DNA of 64,000 bases from Thermoanaerobaculia bacterium (GCA_963806165.1 CAWDWZ010000007.1:1-64000); one strand, 5' to 3'. Shown: positions 13,646 to 24,535, numbered from the stretch's first letter. Made by a program: numbers and translations. Notes: generated from the sequence alone by a model not told the origin.

Positions 13646-13810
13646 TAAGCTCGTCTTGGCGCGCCAGAAGGCGCCTGCGAATTCCGTCTTTACCTTGGTA
13701 TGGATGTCTTAGCGGAAAAGTGGGCCCGTTGCGGAGTCGTTCCCGCGCTCGAGTCCGCCGTTGTTCGGATGACAAGTATTCCCAAATTGGGTACAATCGT
13801 TCCCATAATG

Positions 13811-14422
13811 GGAAAGTTACGAGAGAAGGCTCTGGGGAGTGGGTTGGCGGGGGCGCTATTCACGCCGGTGCAGCAGCGCGTGCTCGGGCTGCTCTTCGGG
13901 CAGCCGGAGCGGCGCTTTCGCAGCGGGGAGATCATCCGCTTGGCGGCGAGCGGGACGGGGGCGGTGCACCGCCAGTTGCAGCGGTTGGCGGCGGTGGATC
14001 TGGTCGAGGTGACCCGGGAGGGAAACCAGAAACACTATCGGGCGCGGCGCGAGTCGCCGATTTTCGCCGAGCTCCATGGGCTGATCGCGAAGACCGTCGG
14101 CATTGTCGATCCGCTGCGGCTGGCGCTCGCCCCGCTGGCCGGGAAGATCGAATTGGCGTTCGTCTTCGGCTCGATCGCCAAGGGAAGCGACACCGCGGCG
14201 AGCGATCTCGATCTTCTGGTGGTGAGCGAAGAGCTCGAATATGCCGAGGTCTATCAGGCGGTGGAGAAAGCTGAGCGCTTCCTGGCGCGGCCGGTGAATC
14301 CGACCGTCATGCGACCCGCGGAGTGGCGAGCGGCGCGGACGAGGCAGGACTCCTTCGCGTCGCGCATCGCCGAGCAGCCCAGGATCTTCGTCATCGGGAG
14401 CGAGGGAGCCGCGGGTGCCTAG
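13811..14422 (+). CDS. wHTH + minimal nucleotidyltransferase (MNT) antitoxin
   Basis: ELAFVFGSIAKGSDTAASDLDLLVV (GS..D.D nucleotidyltransferase motif) after a winged-helix N-terminus. The in-frame ORF starts at 13700; MGKLREK chosen as the likely start. Confidence 0.65.
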   Translation, partial: GKLREKALGSGLAGALFTPVQQRVLGLLFGQPERRFRSGEIIRLAASGTGAVHRQLQRLAAVDLVEVTREGNQKHYRARRESPIFAELHGLIAKTVGIVDPLRLALAPLAGKIELAFVFGSIAKGSDTAASDLDLLVVSEELEYAEVYQAVEKAERFLARPVNPTVMRPAEWRAARTRQDSFASRIAEQPRIFVIGSEGAAGA

Positions 14423-14849
14423 CCTTGAGCTCGATCGGCTGGTCGCCACTCGCGACCTACAGCGCGAGTCTGCGTCGAGGTCGGAGTTCGAGGGGCTTCT
14501 GCGCTCGGCGGAGGCGCGGCTCCAGGATGCGGAGAACGACCGGAACTCGATCGACAGCCGTTTCGACCTGGCCTACAACGCCGCACACGCACTGGCGCTC
14601 GCGGCGCTGCGTTGGCACGGCTACCGCCCGGTCAAACGCTACATCGTCTTTCCGGCGCTGGCGCACACGGTCGATCTCCCGCGCGAGAGCTGGCGCCTGC
14701 TTGCGAAGTGCCACGACCAGCGCAATCGCACCGAGTACGAGGGGCTGGCACCGATCGAGTCGGCACTCCTCGCGGGCCTCCTCGAGGTGACCCGGGAGTT
14801 GCTGGTGCGGGTGCGGGCACTGGCACCGCTGAGCATCCCGGACTCGTAG
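14415..14849 (+). CDS. HEPN-domain toxin partner of the MNT
   Basis: Overlaps the MNT stop. HEPN-like region ...KCHDQRNRTEYEG... . Confidence 0.55.
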   Translation: MPSLELDRLVATRDLQRESASRSEFEGLLRSAEARLQDAENDRNSIDSRFDLAYNAAHALALAALRWHGYRPVKRYIVFPALAHTVDLPRESWRLLAKCHDQRNRTEYEGLAPIESALLAGLLEVTRELLVRVRALAPLSIPDS

Positions 14850-14899
14850 GTACCGGGAAGACTCCTCTGGAGTCGAAGTGAGCCAGCCGCGAGCTCGCG

Positions 14900-14932
14900 A
14901 AGAAATCGGAAACAGTCCGCATTTCCTCCCGC
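14900..14932. repeat. Family-B palindrome, degenerate copy
   Basis: gaagaaatcggaaacagtccgcatttcctccc. Confidence 0.45.
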
Positions 14933-15042
14933 ACTGCCAGATTCGACCGACAGATCGCGTCTTACCTCTTTCGAGGGCAACGACCCGATGCGGATCGTGG
15001 AGGAAGACCAGCTTCCCCCAGCTTCCCGTGAAGGAGTGACCG

Positions 15043-15264
15043 ATGAAGGACTATCCCATCAACATCTTCTGGAGCGAGCCCGATGCGAGCTATGTCGCCG
15101 ACATTCCCGACCTCTTCCCCTGCACGGGTTTCGGCGCCACGCCGGAGCGGGCGCTCGCCGAGGTGATGCTCGCGCGGGAGGCGTGGCTCGAGACAGCGAA
15201 GGAGAACGGCTTGGCGTTTCCGGTAGCGATGTCGCGGTTGGATGCGGAGACGGGTGGGGGGTGA
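15043..15264 (+). CDS. HicB-like antitoxin-family small protein (no HicA seen)
   Basis: MKDYPINIFWSEPDASYVADIPDLFPCTGFGATPERALAEVMLAREAWLETAKENG resembles the HicB N-terminal domain. Confidence 0.5.
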   Translation: MKDYPINIFWSEPDASYVADIPDLFPCTGFGATPERALAEVMLAREAWLETAKENGLAFPVAMSRLDAETGGG

Positions 15265-15357
15265 GCGGCGCGCGGAGCGGTGCCCGGAATTGCTTGACAT
15301 CCAGAACGGATGCATAATGGAAACCGGACGGATCCATCAGATTCGGAAGGGGTTACC

Positions 15358-15603
15358 ATGGCGACGTTGACGCTGAAGAATGTGCCGGAAGCGCTGGTCG
15401 AGCGGCTGAAACGGGAGGCGAAGCAGAGCCGCCGAAGTCTGAATCAGGAGACGCTTGCGCGGCTCGAGGCGAGCCTGGCGACGCGCCGGCAGACCAGCGA
15501 GGAGAAGATCGCCATCATGCGGGAAGCCCACGCGCGTCTTGCGCACCTGCCGCCGATGACCGACGAGTTCCTCGACTTCGCCAAGCGCGACGGACGGCTT
15601 TGA
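15358..15603 (+). CDS. vapB: RHH (Arc/MetJ-type) VapB/FitA-like antitoxin
   Basis: MATLTLKNVPEALVERLKREAKQSRRSLNQETLARLEA. Stop overlaps the downstream TTG start (TTGA coupling). Confidence 0.65.
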   Translation: MATLTLKNVPEALVERLKREAKQSRRSLNQETLARLEASLATRRQTSEEKIAIMREAHARLAHLPPMTDEFLDFAKRDGRL

Positions 15604-16004
15604 TCGTCGTCGACACCAACCTGCTCGTCTACTCGGTCATTCCAGGCGAGAGCACGGCGCTGGCGCTTCGCGTCGCCGCAAGCGACGCCGACTGGATTGC
15701 CCCGTCTCTCTGGCGCCACGAGCTCGCCAACGCTCTGGCGACCGAGATGCGGGTGCGAGGGATGACGATGCGCGATGCCGTCATCGCTTTCTCCGCAGCC
15801 GAGCGTCTCGTGGTCGACGCGGAGCTCGCCCCCGGCCTCGAAACGAAGCTCGAGCTCGCCGCGCGCGGCAAGGTCTCGGCCTACGACGCCGAATTCGTCG
15901 CCCTGGCGCAGGAGCTCGACCTGCCGCTCGTCACCGCCGACCGGCGGCTGGCGCTGGCGTTTCCGGAAAGAGCGCGAGGGCTCGCCGAGTTCCTCGGCGA
16001 GTAG
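15600..16004 (+). CDS. vapC: PIN-domain VapC/FitB-like toxin
   Basis: IVVDTNLLVY..., acidic residues spaced as in PIN domains, C-terminal ...LVTADRRLA. Confidence 0.7.
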   Translation: MIVVDTNLLVYSVIPGESTALALRVAASDADWIAPSLWRHELANALATEMRVRGMTMRDAVIAFSAAERLVVDAELAPGLETKLELAARGKVSAYDAEFVALAQELDLPLVTADRRLALAFPERARGLAEFLGE

Positions 16005-16005
16005 G

Positions 16006-16094
16006 GGGAAATCGGGGACAGCCCCCATTCCTCGGGGACGGCTGGGAGAGGCGGGACGAACTCTCGAGAAATGGGAATAGTCCCCATTTCTTCC
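16006..16094. repeat. Two family-B palindromes ~35 bp apart
   Basis: gggaaatcggggacagcccccattcc ... gagaaatgggaatagtccccatttcttcc. Confidence 0.6.
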
Positions 16095-16144
16095 CCGGCT
16101 CACAAGGCCCTGTGGGTCTAGAATGTCGCCAAGGGAGGCGGACG

Positions 16145-16462
16145 ATGGGCCAGGGAGAGGCGCAGGTGCGCGCGCGAATGCCGGAGCTCACGGCGCTCTG
16201 TCGGCGTTTCGGCGTGCGTCGGCTCGAGCTCTTCGGGTCCGCTCTCCGCGCGGACTTCGACCCGGCGACGAGCGACCTCGATTTCCTCTTAGAGATCGAG
16301 CCGCCAACAGGCCTGGGCTACGCCGATGCCTACTTCGGCCTGCACGAGGGCCTCGAGCAGCTGTTCGGGAGAGCTGTCGATCTCGTCTCGATCGGAGCGG
16401 TCAAGAACCCCCACCTGCTGCAGGCCATCGAGCGTTCGAGGCGATCGCTCTATGCGGCTTGA
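16145..16462 (+). CDS. mntA: MNT antitoxin of a HepT/MNT pair (start ambiguous; 16178 also possible)
   Basis: RLELFGSALRADFDPATSDLDFLLE nucleotidyltransferase motif. Confidence 0.65.
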   Translation: MGQGEAQVRARMPELTALCRRFGVRRLELFGSALRADFDPATSDLDFLLEIEPPTGLGYADAYFGLHEGLEQLFGRAVDLVSIGAVKNPHLLQAIERSRRSLYAA

Positions 16463-16792
16463 GGCGCGGAAGCTGATCTGGGATGCGCGCGAGGCCGTTG
16501 CCAGGATCCAGGAGTTCACCACAGGAAGTCGCTGGAGGACTACGACGCTGACGCCCTGCTGAGCTCGGCGGTCGAGCGTCAGCTCGAGATCGTCGGCGAG
16601 GCGCTGCACCGTCTGTCCAGGCTCGATCCCGAGACGGCGGCGGGCATCGAAGGGATCTCCCGCATCGTCGGGATGAGAAATGTTCTCGCGCATGGCTACG
16701 CGACCATCGACAACCGGCTGGTATGGGATGTCGTTACGAGCAAGCTCCAGGGGCTCGCGGCGCAACTCGAAAGTCTGGCGCGCGAGGTCTGA
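16459..16792 (+). pseudogene. hepT: HepT (DUF86/HEPN) toxin interrupted by a 1-nt frameshift near 16525
   Basis: Frame 1: MRLEARKLIWDAREAVARIQEFTTG then stop. Frame 2 continues ...LEDYDADALLSSAVERQLEIVGEALHRLSRLDPETAAGIEGISRIVGMRNVLAHGYATIDNRLVWDVV... (Rx4HxY HEPN motif). Confidence 0.6.
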
Positions 16793-16806
16793 CTGGGCTT
16801 CAGTTC

Positions 16807-17112
16807 TCAGCGCTTTCGCGCGCCGCCATAGCGGGCGATCTCGGTGATCTCCTCATCCGTGACGAGGTCGATCAGGTAGAGGACGCCGCGGGCGATCCGA
16901 AAGATCAGTCGGTCCCCGGACGAGATGCGCGCTTCGCTGTAGAACTTGCCAGGAAGTATCGGTTTGATCCGCATTCCAGGCGTCGGCTGGTGCCGGGCCA
17001 GAGCTTCGATCACCCGCAGGGAGGAGAGGCGGCGAGCTACCGGCAGGCCGCGGAGGCGCTGCTCGAAGCGGCTGCCGTAAGAGACCTGCAGCTCGGCCCT
17101 GCTGGAAGTCAT
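16807..17112 (-). CDS. RelE/ParE-family toxin
   Basis: ...YSEARISSGDRLIFRIARGVLYLIDLVTDEEITEIARYG pattern. 4-nt overlap with the upstream antitoxin. Confidence 0.6.
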   Translation of the reverse strand: MTSSRAELQVSYGSRFEQRLRGLPVARRLSSLRVIEALARHQPTPGMRIKPILPGKFYSEARISSGDRLIFRIARGVLYLIDLVTDEEITEIARYGGARKR

Positions 17113-17507
17113 CGCGACTTCGAGCGCGGCTTCGAGCGCTTCGTCGGATGTGCCTGGGGGCGTGCCTGGGGGCGTGCTTGGGGGCGTCGGGTCCCGGGAG
17201 CGGAGGCCTTGGGAGATTCCGGGCCCGGCTCGTTCAGCCGGCGAGCCAGGTCGGCGACGCTCTCCCGGCGCACAGCCCCGGAGCGGATCTCCTGTTCAGC
17301 GGCACGCAGGCGCTCCTGCATTTCGGGATGGTAGAACCACCTCTGATCGCGCGGCAGCAGTTCCGCCGCCACCAGCTCGTAGCCGCCCGCCGCGGTCCGT
17401 TCCAGCAAGACGAAGTCGCCCGGCCCCACGCCCAGCGCTTCGCGCACCTCTTCGGGCAATGTGGCTCGGCCCTTCTTGTCCAGCGTCAGGTAGGTCGCAC
17501 TCGCCAT
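17109..17507 (-). CDS. AbrB/MazE/SpoVT-family antitoxin with a low-complexity RPQA-repeat C-terminal tail
   Basis: N-terminus ATYLTLDKKGRATLPEEVREALGVGPGDFVLLE is a swapped-hairpin AbrB fold. The tail is encoded by tandem 12-mers (tgcctgggggcg)x3-4 at ~17150-17200. Confidence 0.6.
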   Translation of the reverse strand: MASATYLTLDKKGRATLPEEVREALGVGPGDFVLLERTAAGGYELVAAELLPRDQRWFYHPEMQERLRAAEQEIRSGAVRRESVADLARRLNEPGPESPKASAPGTRRPQARPQARPQAHPTKRSKPRSKSR

Positions 17508-17522
17508 AGTGCGCGGAGCAAT

Positions 17523-17572
17523 AGCATCCCTTTGTGGGCTTATCCCACTGTGGGCTTATCCCACTGTGGGCT
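17523..17572. promoter_or_regulatory. Direct 16-bp repeats (tgtgggcttatcccac x2.5) upstream of the AbrB-type antitoxin; candidate operator
   Basis: ctttgtgggcttatcccactgtgggcttatcccactgtgggctga sits immediately 5' of the 17507 start on the minus strand. Confidence 0.4.
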
Positions 17573-17584
17573 GAACAGAGAGTG

Positions 17585-17612
17585 AAACTGGGGACAGTCC
17601 CCATTTCTTTTC
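17585..17612. repeat. Family-B palindrome, adjacent to a family-A copy
   Basis: gaaactggggacagtccccatttctttt. Confidence 0.6.
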
Positions 17613-17633
17613 TGCCATCTGGAGAATGGTGGC

Positions 17634-17732
17634 GAGGGGACACATAGCGGGTTCTGGCGGGGTCGCGAAGTCGGCACATCGATTCGCCCGCAATGTGTCC
17701 CCAGCTGGCAGCATTGCCCGCAATGTGTCCTC
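17634..17732. repeat. Family-A palindromic repeat, right arm duplicated
   Basis: ggggacacatagcggg...cccgcaatgtgtcccc...cccgcaatgtgtcctc. Confidence 0.7.
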
Positions 17733-17858
17733 AAAGTCCACCACTTGCAGAGTCCAGCGAAAGGGTGGACCCATGGCGAGCCGGGCCGGCTGAAACCGCA
17801 AAGCATCCAAGAAGACGTAAGGCCGATCGCACATCGCCGATCGACCCGGGGAGGTCCC

Positions 17859-18578
17859 ATGCATCTGGCGGAGATCTGGCGGTATCCGGTGAAGTCGATG
17901 GCGGGGGAGTCGCTCGAGGAGGCGGAGCTGACACCGTCGGGCGTCGAAGGCGACCGGCTGGTCCAGGTCCGCCTCGGCGATCGCCCCGACGATCGAGTGA
18001 TCACCTCGCGCAGCCGGCCGCGGCTCCTCGGGCACCGTGCGCGACTCGGCGCCGGCGGCGAGATCCTGGTCGACGGGCGACCATGGGGCGATCCGTCGGT
18101 GAAGGAGGACGTCGAGCGTGCCGCCGGAGCTGGGGCGCGGCTGGTGCGCACGGAGCTCGCCCACGAGAGATTCGACATCCTGCCGCTCCTCGTCATGACC
18201 GACGGGGCTATCGCGGTGATCTCGAACGCTTCGCTCGCCGCCGGCTCGACCGAGACCGACCGTCGCCGATTCCGGCCGAACCTGCTCATCGCCGGTGTGC
18301 CCGGTCTCGCCGAGCGCGGCTGGGAGGGGCGGCGCCTTCGGATCGGAAACCCGGGCAAGGCGGGCCAGACGGGTAGCGCCGGCGGGGTCGTGGTGGCGCT
18401 GGCCGACCTCCGCGGGCGCTGCGTCATGACGACGTTCGATCCCGACACCCTCGAGCAGGAGCCGCGCGTGCTGCGTACCATCGTCGAACGGACCGGCGGT
18501 GTCCTCGGACTGAACGCCGAAGTTGTGCGGGGCGGCCGAGTCCGCGTCGGCGATCCGGTCGAGTTGCTGGATGGGTGA
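17859..18578 (+). CDS. MOSC domain-containing protein
   Basis: MHLAEIWRYPVKSMAGESLEEAEL...GVEGDR opening is typical of the MOSC beta-barrel N-terminus; followed by the MOSC core. Confidence 0.6.
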   Translation: MHLAEIWRYPVKSMAGESLEEAELTPSGVEGDRLVQVRLGDRPDDRVITSRSRPRLLGHRARLGAGGEILVDGRPWGDPSVKEDVERAAGAGARLVRTELAHERFDILPLLVMTDGAIAVISNASLAAGSTETDRRRFRPNLLIAGVPGLAERGWEGRRLRIGNPGKAGQTGSAGGVVVALADLRGRCVMTTFDPDTLEQEPRVLRTIVERTGGVLGLNAEVVRGGRVRVGDPVELLDG

Positions 18579-18613
18579 GAATCCGGTCGGCCTTCGTGAC
18601 GCCGAGCCGGCGC

Positions 18614-18686
18614 GGTAGGGGACACAAAGCGGGGGCAACCCGCCGGCGTGTTAGCGCACCGGCCGTGCCCCCGCATTGTGTCCCCG
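18614..18686. repeat. Family-A palindromic repeat (near-identical to the 13137 copy)
   Basis: gcgcggtaggggacacaaagcggggg-N31-cccccgcattgtgtcccc. Confidence 0.7.
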
Positions 18687-18738
18687 ACGAACGCGACAGA
18701 GTTGGGTCCTGGGAGCGGATTGCGGCAAGATCGGCGGG

Positions 18739-19230
18739 ATGAGGACGGTTCGCGGACCGCGCCCGAGCGACGGCATGCCGATCGAGGAGGCGCCGGTCTG
18801 GGCGCTGGCGATCCTCGTCGCCCTCTTCGCGCTGATCTTCTTCCCGGCGCTCGTCGGCCTGGCCGAATCGTTCGGTGCCGACACGCGCGGGCACCGTCTC
18901 GAGCTCGCCGCGGGCGCCGCGGCGCTCGCTCTCTTCCTGGTCGTCGGGCTCGCGCGGCAGCGGCGCTGGCGGCGGGCGCGGTCACCGCTCGACGCGCTCG
19001 ATCCGCTCGCTCCGCTCGCTGCAGACGACCGGCCGATCTTCGCCCGCTTTTCGACCTGGCTCTGGACGACGCTCCTCTTCCCGAATGTCCTCTACGGCCT
19101 GCTCGTGCTGACGCACTCTTCGGAAGGCGCGCGCGTCGATCCGCGGGCGGCGTGGATCGTCGGCCTCGGGGTCTCGGCCCTGCAGGGCCTCTGGGCCCTC
19201 GCGGAGCGCCGGCGCGGGCGCGCCGGCTGA
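18739..19230 (+). CDS. Hypothetical membrane protein
   Basis: Several hydrophobic helices (WALAILVALFALIFFPALVGL, ALALFLVVGL, WLWTTLLFPNVLYGLLVL). No recognisable domain. Confidence 0.35.
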   Translation: MRTVRGPRPSDGMPIEEAPVWALAILVALFALIFFPALVGLAESFGADTRGHRLELAAGAAALALFLVVGLARQRRWRRARSPLDALDPLAPLAADDRPIFARFSTWLWTTLLFPNVLYGLLVLTHSSEGARVDPRAAWIVGLGVSALQGLWALAERRRGRAG

Positions 19231-19236
19231 GGGCCG

Positions 19237-19322
19237 CGGTTGTGCAGGCGGCGCTCCTCATCCGGCTCGTGCAGCGCTATCCCGACACCTTGCAACGCCT
19301 CGCCGCTACGGTTCGACGCAGA
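19237..19322 (+). pseudogene. 3' fragment of a higA2-like antitoxin gene (DNA homologous to 13050-13125)
   Basis: Encodes ...QAALLIRLVQRYPDTLQRLAATV, near-identical to the C-terminus of the 12777-13121 product (NAQAALLIRLVQCYPDTMQRLAAV). Other frames also match. No 5' part. Confidence 0.5.
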
Positions 19323-21072
19323 TGAGGAAGTGCGAGCTCAGATTGCAGGGTTGGGAGTTGAAGTTCCACCAGCGGGCATCGGCCAGGGCCGTGTACGCGG
19401 CGCCGCCCGCGGCGCCGGCGGGATTCGTCCAATCGGTGCAGGTTCCCGCCGTGGTGCCGAGGGCGGTCAAGTCGCCGTTGTGGCCGGTCCAGGTGAGCTC
19501 GGCCGCGGCGAGATAGTTGCCGTTGTGGTGCTGCCAGATCCCGGTGGGAAGCCCGGTCGCGGGGATGAGCTCGGCGCCGGTGCCGACCGCCTGGCCGTCG
19601 ATGCGGACGTAGGTCGCGCCGGCGGTCAAGGCGTTCGACGCCGGGGCGGTCGTGCGCGCGACGAGCGCGAGCGCCCCGGCCTGGTCGGCGGCACAGGTCT
19701 GGTCCGGCGTCGTCGTGCCGTTGGGCACGAAGGCGCCGTTCGAGATCCAGATCTTCTTCCCCGGCACGACGGGCGGCGTCAGGGTGGCGACCTGGGTCTT
19801 CATCAGGCAGTAGATCCGGTGCGGCGCGGCGCAGGCCTGGGTCGAGTAGCGGGTCCACGCCACCGGCCCGCCGGCGGTATCGCCGTAGGCGACGAAGCTC
19901 GACCCCCCGGTCCAGTCGCTGCAGCTCTCCGCCGTCGTGCCGTCGCTCGCGGTGCCGGTCATGACGATCTCGCTCGCCCGCCGGGTTCCGGTCTCGTCGA
20001 GATCGAGCGCCTGGAAGATCTGACGGTTGGTGAGCAGCTGGGTCTTGCTGTCGGCGAAGGGGGCGCCGTCCATCCGCACCCAGCCGCGCGGATTGCCCAG
20101 CCGCACGGTCGCGCTCGAGACGGTCGACGAGATCCAGGCCATGAAGGCGGTCCCGGCGACGTTGTTGATCCCGGCGGCGGTCGCGAGCGCGTTGCATTGG
20201 GTGTCGTAGGCGCCCACCGAGCCGAGGTTGACCGCGAAGGTCGTCGAGGAGACGAAGGCGAGATTCCAGGTCTGGGCCGAGAAGTTGGCGGTGACATTCT
20301 GCGCCGCGGTGACGCTCAGCGTGCAGTCGTGAAACGCGCCGGCGCCCGCGCAATCGTCCGCCCAGCCCGAGAAGTAGGAGCTTGCGCCGTTGCTGGTGCG
20401 CGCCGCGAGGGTGACCGCCGTGCCGTGCTCGAAGATTCCCGTGCAGGTGGCGCCGCAGGCGATGCCGGCCGGCGTGGAGGTGACCGTTCCCGTGCCGTTG
20501 CGGGTGACCGTCAAGGAGTGGCCGAAGTGCGCCGAGACGCTGGTCGTCTGGTCGACGATCACGATGCAGGCCCCGGTGCCCGAGCAGGCGCCGCTCCAGC
20601 CGAGAAAGAGGGCGTCCGCATCGGGGGTCGCGGTGAGGGTGACCTCCGTGCCGGCGTCGAAGAACGCCGAGCAGGTGGCGCCGCAGTCGATGCCGGCGGG
20701 GCTCGAGCTGACGGTGCCGCCGCCGGCGTTCGTCACCGTGAGCTGGTAGGGCGTGTCGCAGAGTCCGAGGTAGCAGATGCCCGAGAGGCAGTCGGAGCCC
20801 TGCAGGCAGTTGAGGCCGAAGGTGCAGCCCGGGCAGGAGCGGCCGCCGCAGTCGATGTCGGTCTCGCAGCCGTTCTGGATCAGGTCGGTGCAGTTGTCGA
20901 CCTCGGGCGGCACGACGTTCGACCAGAGGCAGCTGTTGCCGCTCTCGAGGCCGTCGAGGAAGAGCAGCAGGTCGGGCGTGGCCGGGCCTGACCGCACCGC
21001 ATCGGCTGCGAGCGCGGTGGGCAAGAGCGCGAGCAGCCACCCGGCGATCGCAGCCGCGGACCTTTCGGCCAT
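19306..21072 (-). CDS. Secreted protein with InlB B-repeat (Listeria-Bacteroides repeat)-like domains and two DUF1554-like domains
   Basis: Signal peptide MAERSAAAIAGWLLALLPTALA. Repeats GGGTVSSSPAGIDCGATC..., GTGTVTSTPAGIACGATC.... C-terminal halves resemble DUF1554 (Y.AWiSs...W.R.DG..., W.....C..HFLiC). Confidence 0.6.
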   Translation of the reverse strand: MAERSAAAIAGWLLALLPTALAADAVRSGPATPDLLLFLDGLESGNSCLWSNVVPPEVDNCTDLIQNGCETDIDCGGRSCPGCTFGLNCLQGSDCLSGICYLGLCDTPYQLTVTNAGGGTVSSSPAGIDCGATCSAFFDAGTEVTLTATPDADALFLGWSGACSGTGACIVIVDQTTSVSAHFGHSLTVTRNGTGTVTSTPAGIACGATCTGIFEHGTAVTLAARTSNGASSYFSGWADDCAGAGAFHDCTLSVTAAQNVTANFSAQTWNLAFVSSTTFAVNLGSVGAYDTQCNALATAAGINNVAGTAFMAWISSTVSSATVRLGNPRGWVRMDGAPFADSKTQLLTNRQIFQALDLDETGTRRASEIVMTGTASDGTTAESCSDWTGGSSFVAYGDTAGGPVAWTRYSTQACAAPHRIYCLMKTQVATLTPPVVPGKKIWISNGAFVPNGTTTPDQTCAADQAGALALVARTTAPASNALTAGATYVRIDGQAVGTGAELIPATGLPTGIWQHHNGNYLAAAELTWTGHNGDLTALGTTAGTCTDWTNPAGAAGGAAYTALADARWWNFNSQPCNLSSHFLICVEP

Positions 21073-21156
21073 GTCGGTCCCCCCTCCCGGAATTTTTCGA
21101 ACAATGCGCGCCGGCGACTCGCCTGTCAAGAGGAGCGCTGCGGGGGTAGGCAGCGT

Positions 21157-21184
21157 GAAAAATGGGGACAGGCACCATTTTCCA
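21157..21184. repeat. Family-B palindrome (GGGGACAGGCACC variant)
   Basis: gaaaaatggggacaggcaccattttcc. Confidence 0.6.
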
Positions 21185-21305
21185 TTCGCCGTCTGCTCCG
21201 CCGCTCGGGGTCCTGTCTGGCCCTTTTCCCATGGGTGCTCGCGCTGAAGAAGCGCGCTCCGCGCCCATGGGAGCCCTAGGTCCAGCCACCCCTCGCCAAC
21301 GTGTG

Positions 21306-21356
21306 GAGAAAATGGGGACTGTCCCCATTCTTTCCAGGGTTAAAGTGTGCCTGTCC

Positions 21357-21366
<10 letters not shown>
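21306..21366. repeat. Family-B palindrome plus an inverted partial copy of the GGCACC variant
   Basis: gagaaaatggggactgtccccattctttcc followed by aaagtgtgcctgtccctattttt. Confidence 0.6.
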
Positions 21367-23546
<2,180 letters not shown>

Positions 23547-23563
23547 TCTAGTCGGCGCCTTTC

Positions 23564-23630
23564 AGGGGACACAAAGCGGGGCGACCGGCGTCGTGCTGGT
23601 CGCGACTCTCTGCCCCCGCATTGTGTCCCC
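23564..23630. repeat. Family-A palindromic repeat
   Basis: ggggacacaaagcgggg-N30-cccccgcattgtgtcccc, between convergent/divergent genes. Confidence 0.7.
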
Positions 23631-23638
23631 AGGCGTGA

Positions 23639-24535
23639 TCACGGACAGTTGAAAGCGTTGATGTCGTTCGTGGCCTGCGCCAGGTGGCCCAGCGGGTTGG
23701 TGTAGTGCTTCGGCGGGGCTGGGGACTGGGTGTCGGTCACGGTGATGTCGTAGCCGACGTTGGTCGCCGCCGAGAAGTAGATCCAGTGCTTGTTGTTGAG
23801 GCTGCAGGCGTCGATCGCCTTGATCAGAACCTCCCAGATGTTCGGGTTCTGCCAGTAGAAGAGCGCCGTATCCGACGTCGCCGCCGAAGCCACGAACGCA
23901 TCCCGCCTCACCTCGGCGAAGTCCGTCCACTGAATCTCCACCCGGTAGCGGCAGGAGAGCAGCCATGCCGATGTCGGGCCCGACACGCATCCGTTGAGAG
24001 CGAACAGCAGGGAGGCGTAATCGGCTTCCCAGGTGCCGGAGACGTTGTTGCCGAAGGCCGAGCCGGCGGGAATCGCCGCCCCACCGGTGATCGCATCCGC
24101 GACGAAGTCGTGCGTCGTGTCGTTGTAGGCGACCAGGGAGTCGTCCGTGATGTCCACGACCATCCAGTAAGTCGTGCCCGGAGCCAGGGTGGCGTAGCCC
24201 GTGTAGGTCATCACGCCGGTCGATGTCGGGTTGGGGTTGGTGAAGAAAGTGCCCACCTGGGTGGTGCTCGGCTGGCCGCCGTGGTCGGTATAGATGGCCA
24301 CTCGATTGACTCCTGGAACGGCGCCGAGGGTGTACCAATCGACGTCGATGGTTGCGAGGTTCATGACCTCCGATCCGGTCGTGAACGGGTTGGCGGAGTC
24401 GGGATCGCCGCCGTAGTCGCCGTCCCGACTGTTGGCTAGATTGGACAGCAGCGGTGTCGTCGCTTGGGCAGGCAGGGTCGAGAAGACCGCCAGCAGCAGC
24501 AACATCGCGAAGGGCGCCTGCTTTGCGATTCTCAT
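23639..24535 (-). CDS. Secreted hypothetical protein
   Basis: Signal peptide MRIAKQAPFAMLLLLAVFSTLPAQA. Clean ORF, no recognised domain. Confidence 0.45.
   Translation of the reverse strand: MRIAKQAPFAMLLLLAVFSTLPAQATTPLLSNLANSRDGDYGGDPDSANPFTTGSEVMNLATIDVDWYTLGAVPGVNRVAIYTDHGGQPSTTQVGTFFTNPNPTSTGVMTYTGYATLAPGTTYWMVVDITDDSLVAYNDTTHDFVADAITGGAAIPAGSAFGNNVSGTWEADYASLLFALNGCVSGPTSAWLLSCRYRVEIQWTDFAEVRRDAFVASAATSDTALFYWQNPNIWEVLIKAIDACSLNNKHWIYFSAATNVGYDITVTDTQSPAPPKHYTNPLGHLAQATNDINAFNCP

Noticed and set aside
12200-17740. Repeats as classical integron attC sites
   Set aside because: No RYYYAAC / GTTRRRY core pair at the repeat ends and no intI in the window. Kept only as an analogy.
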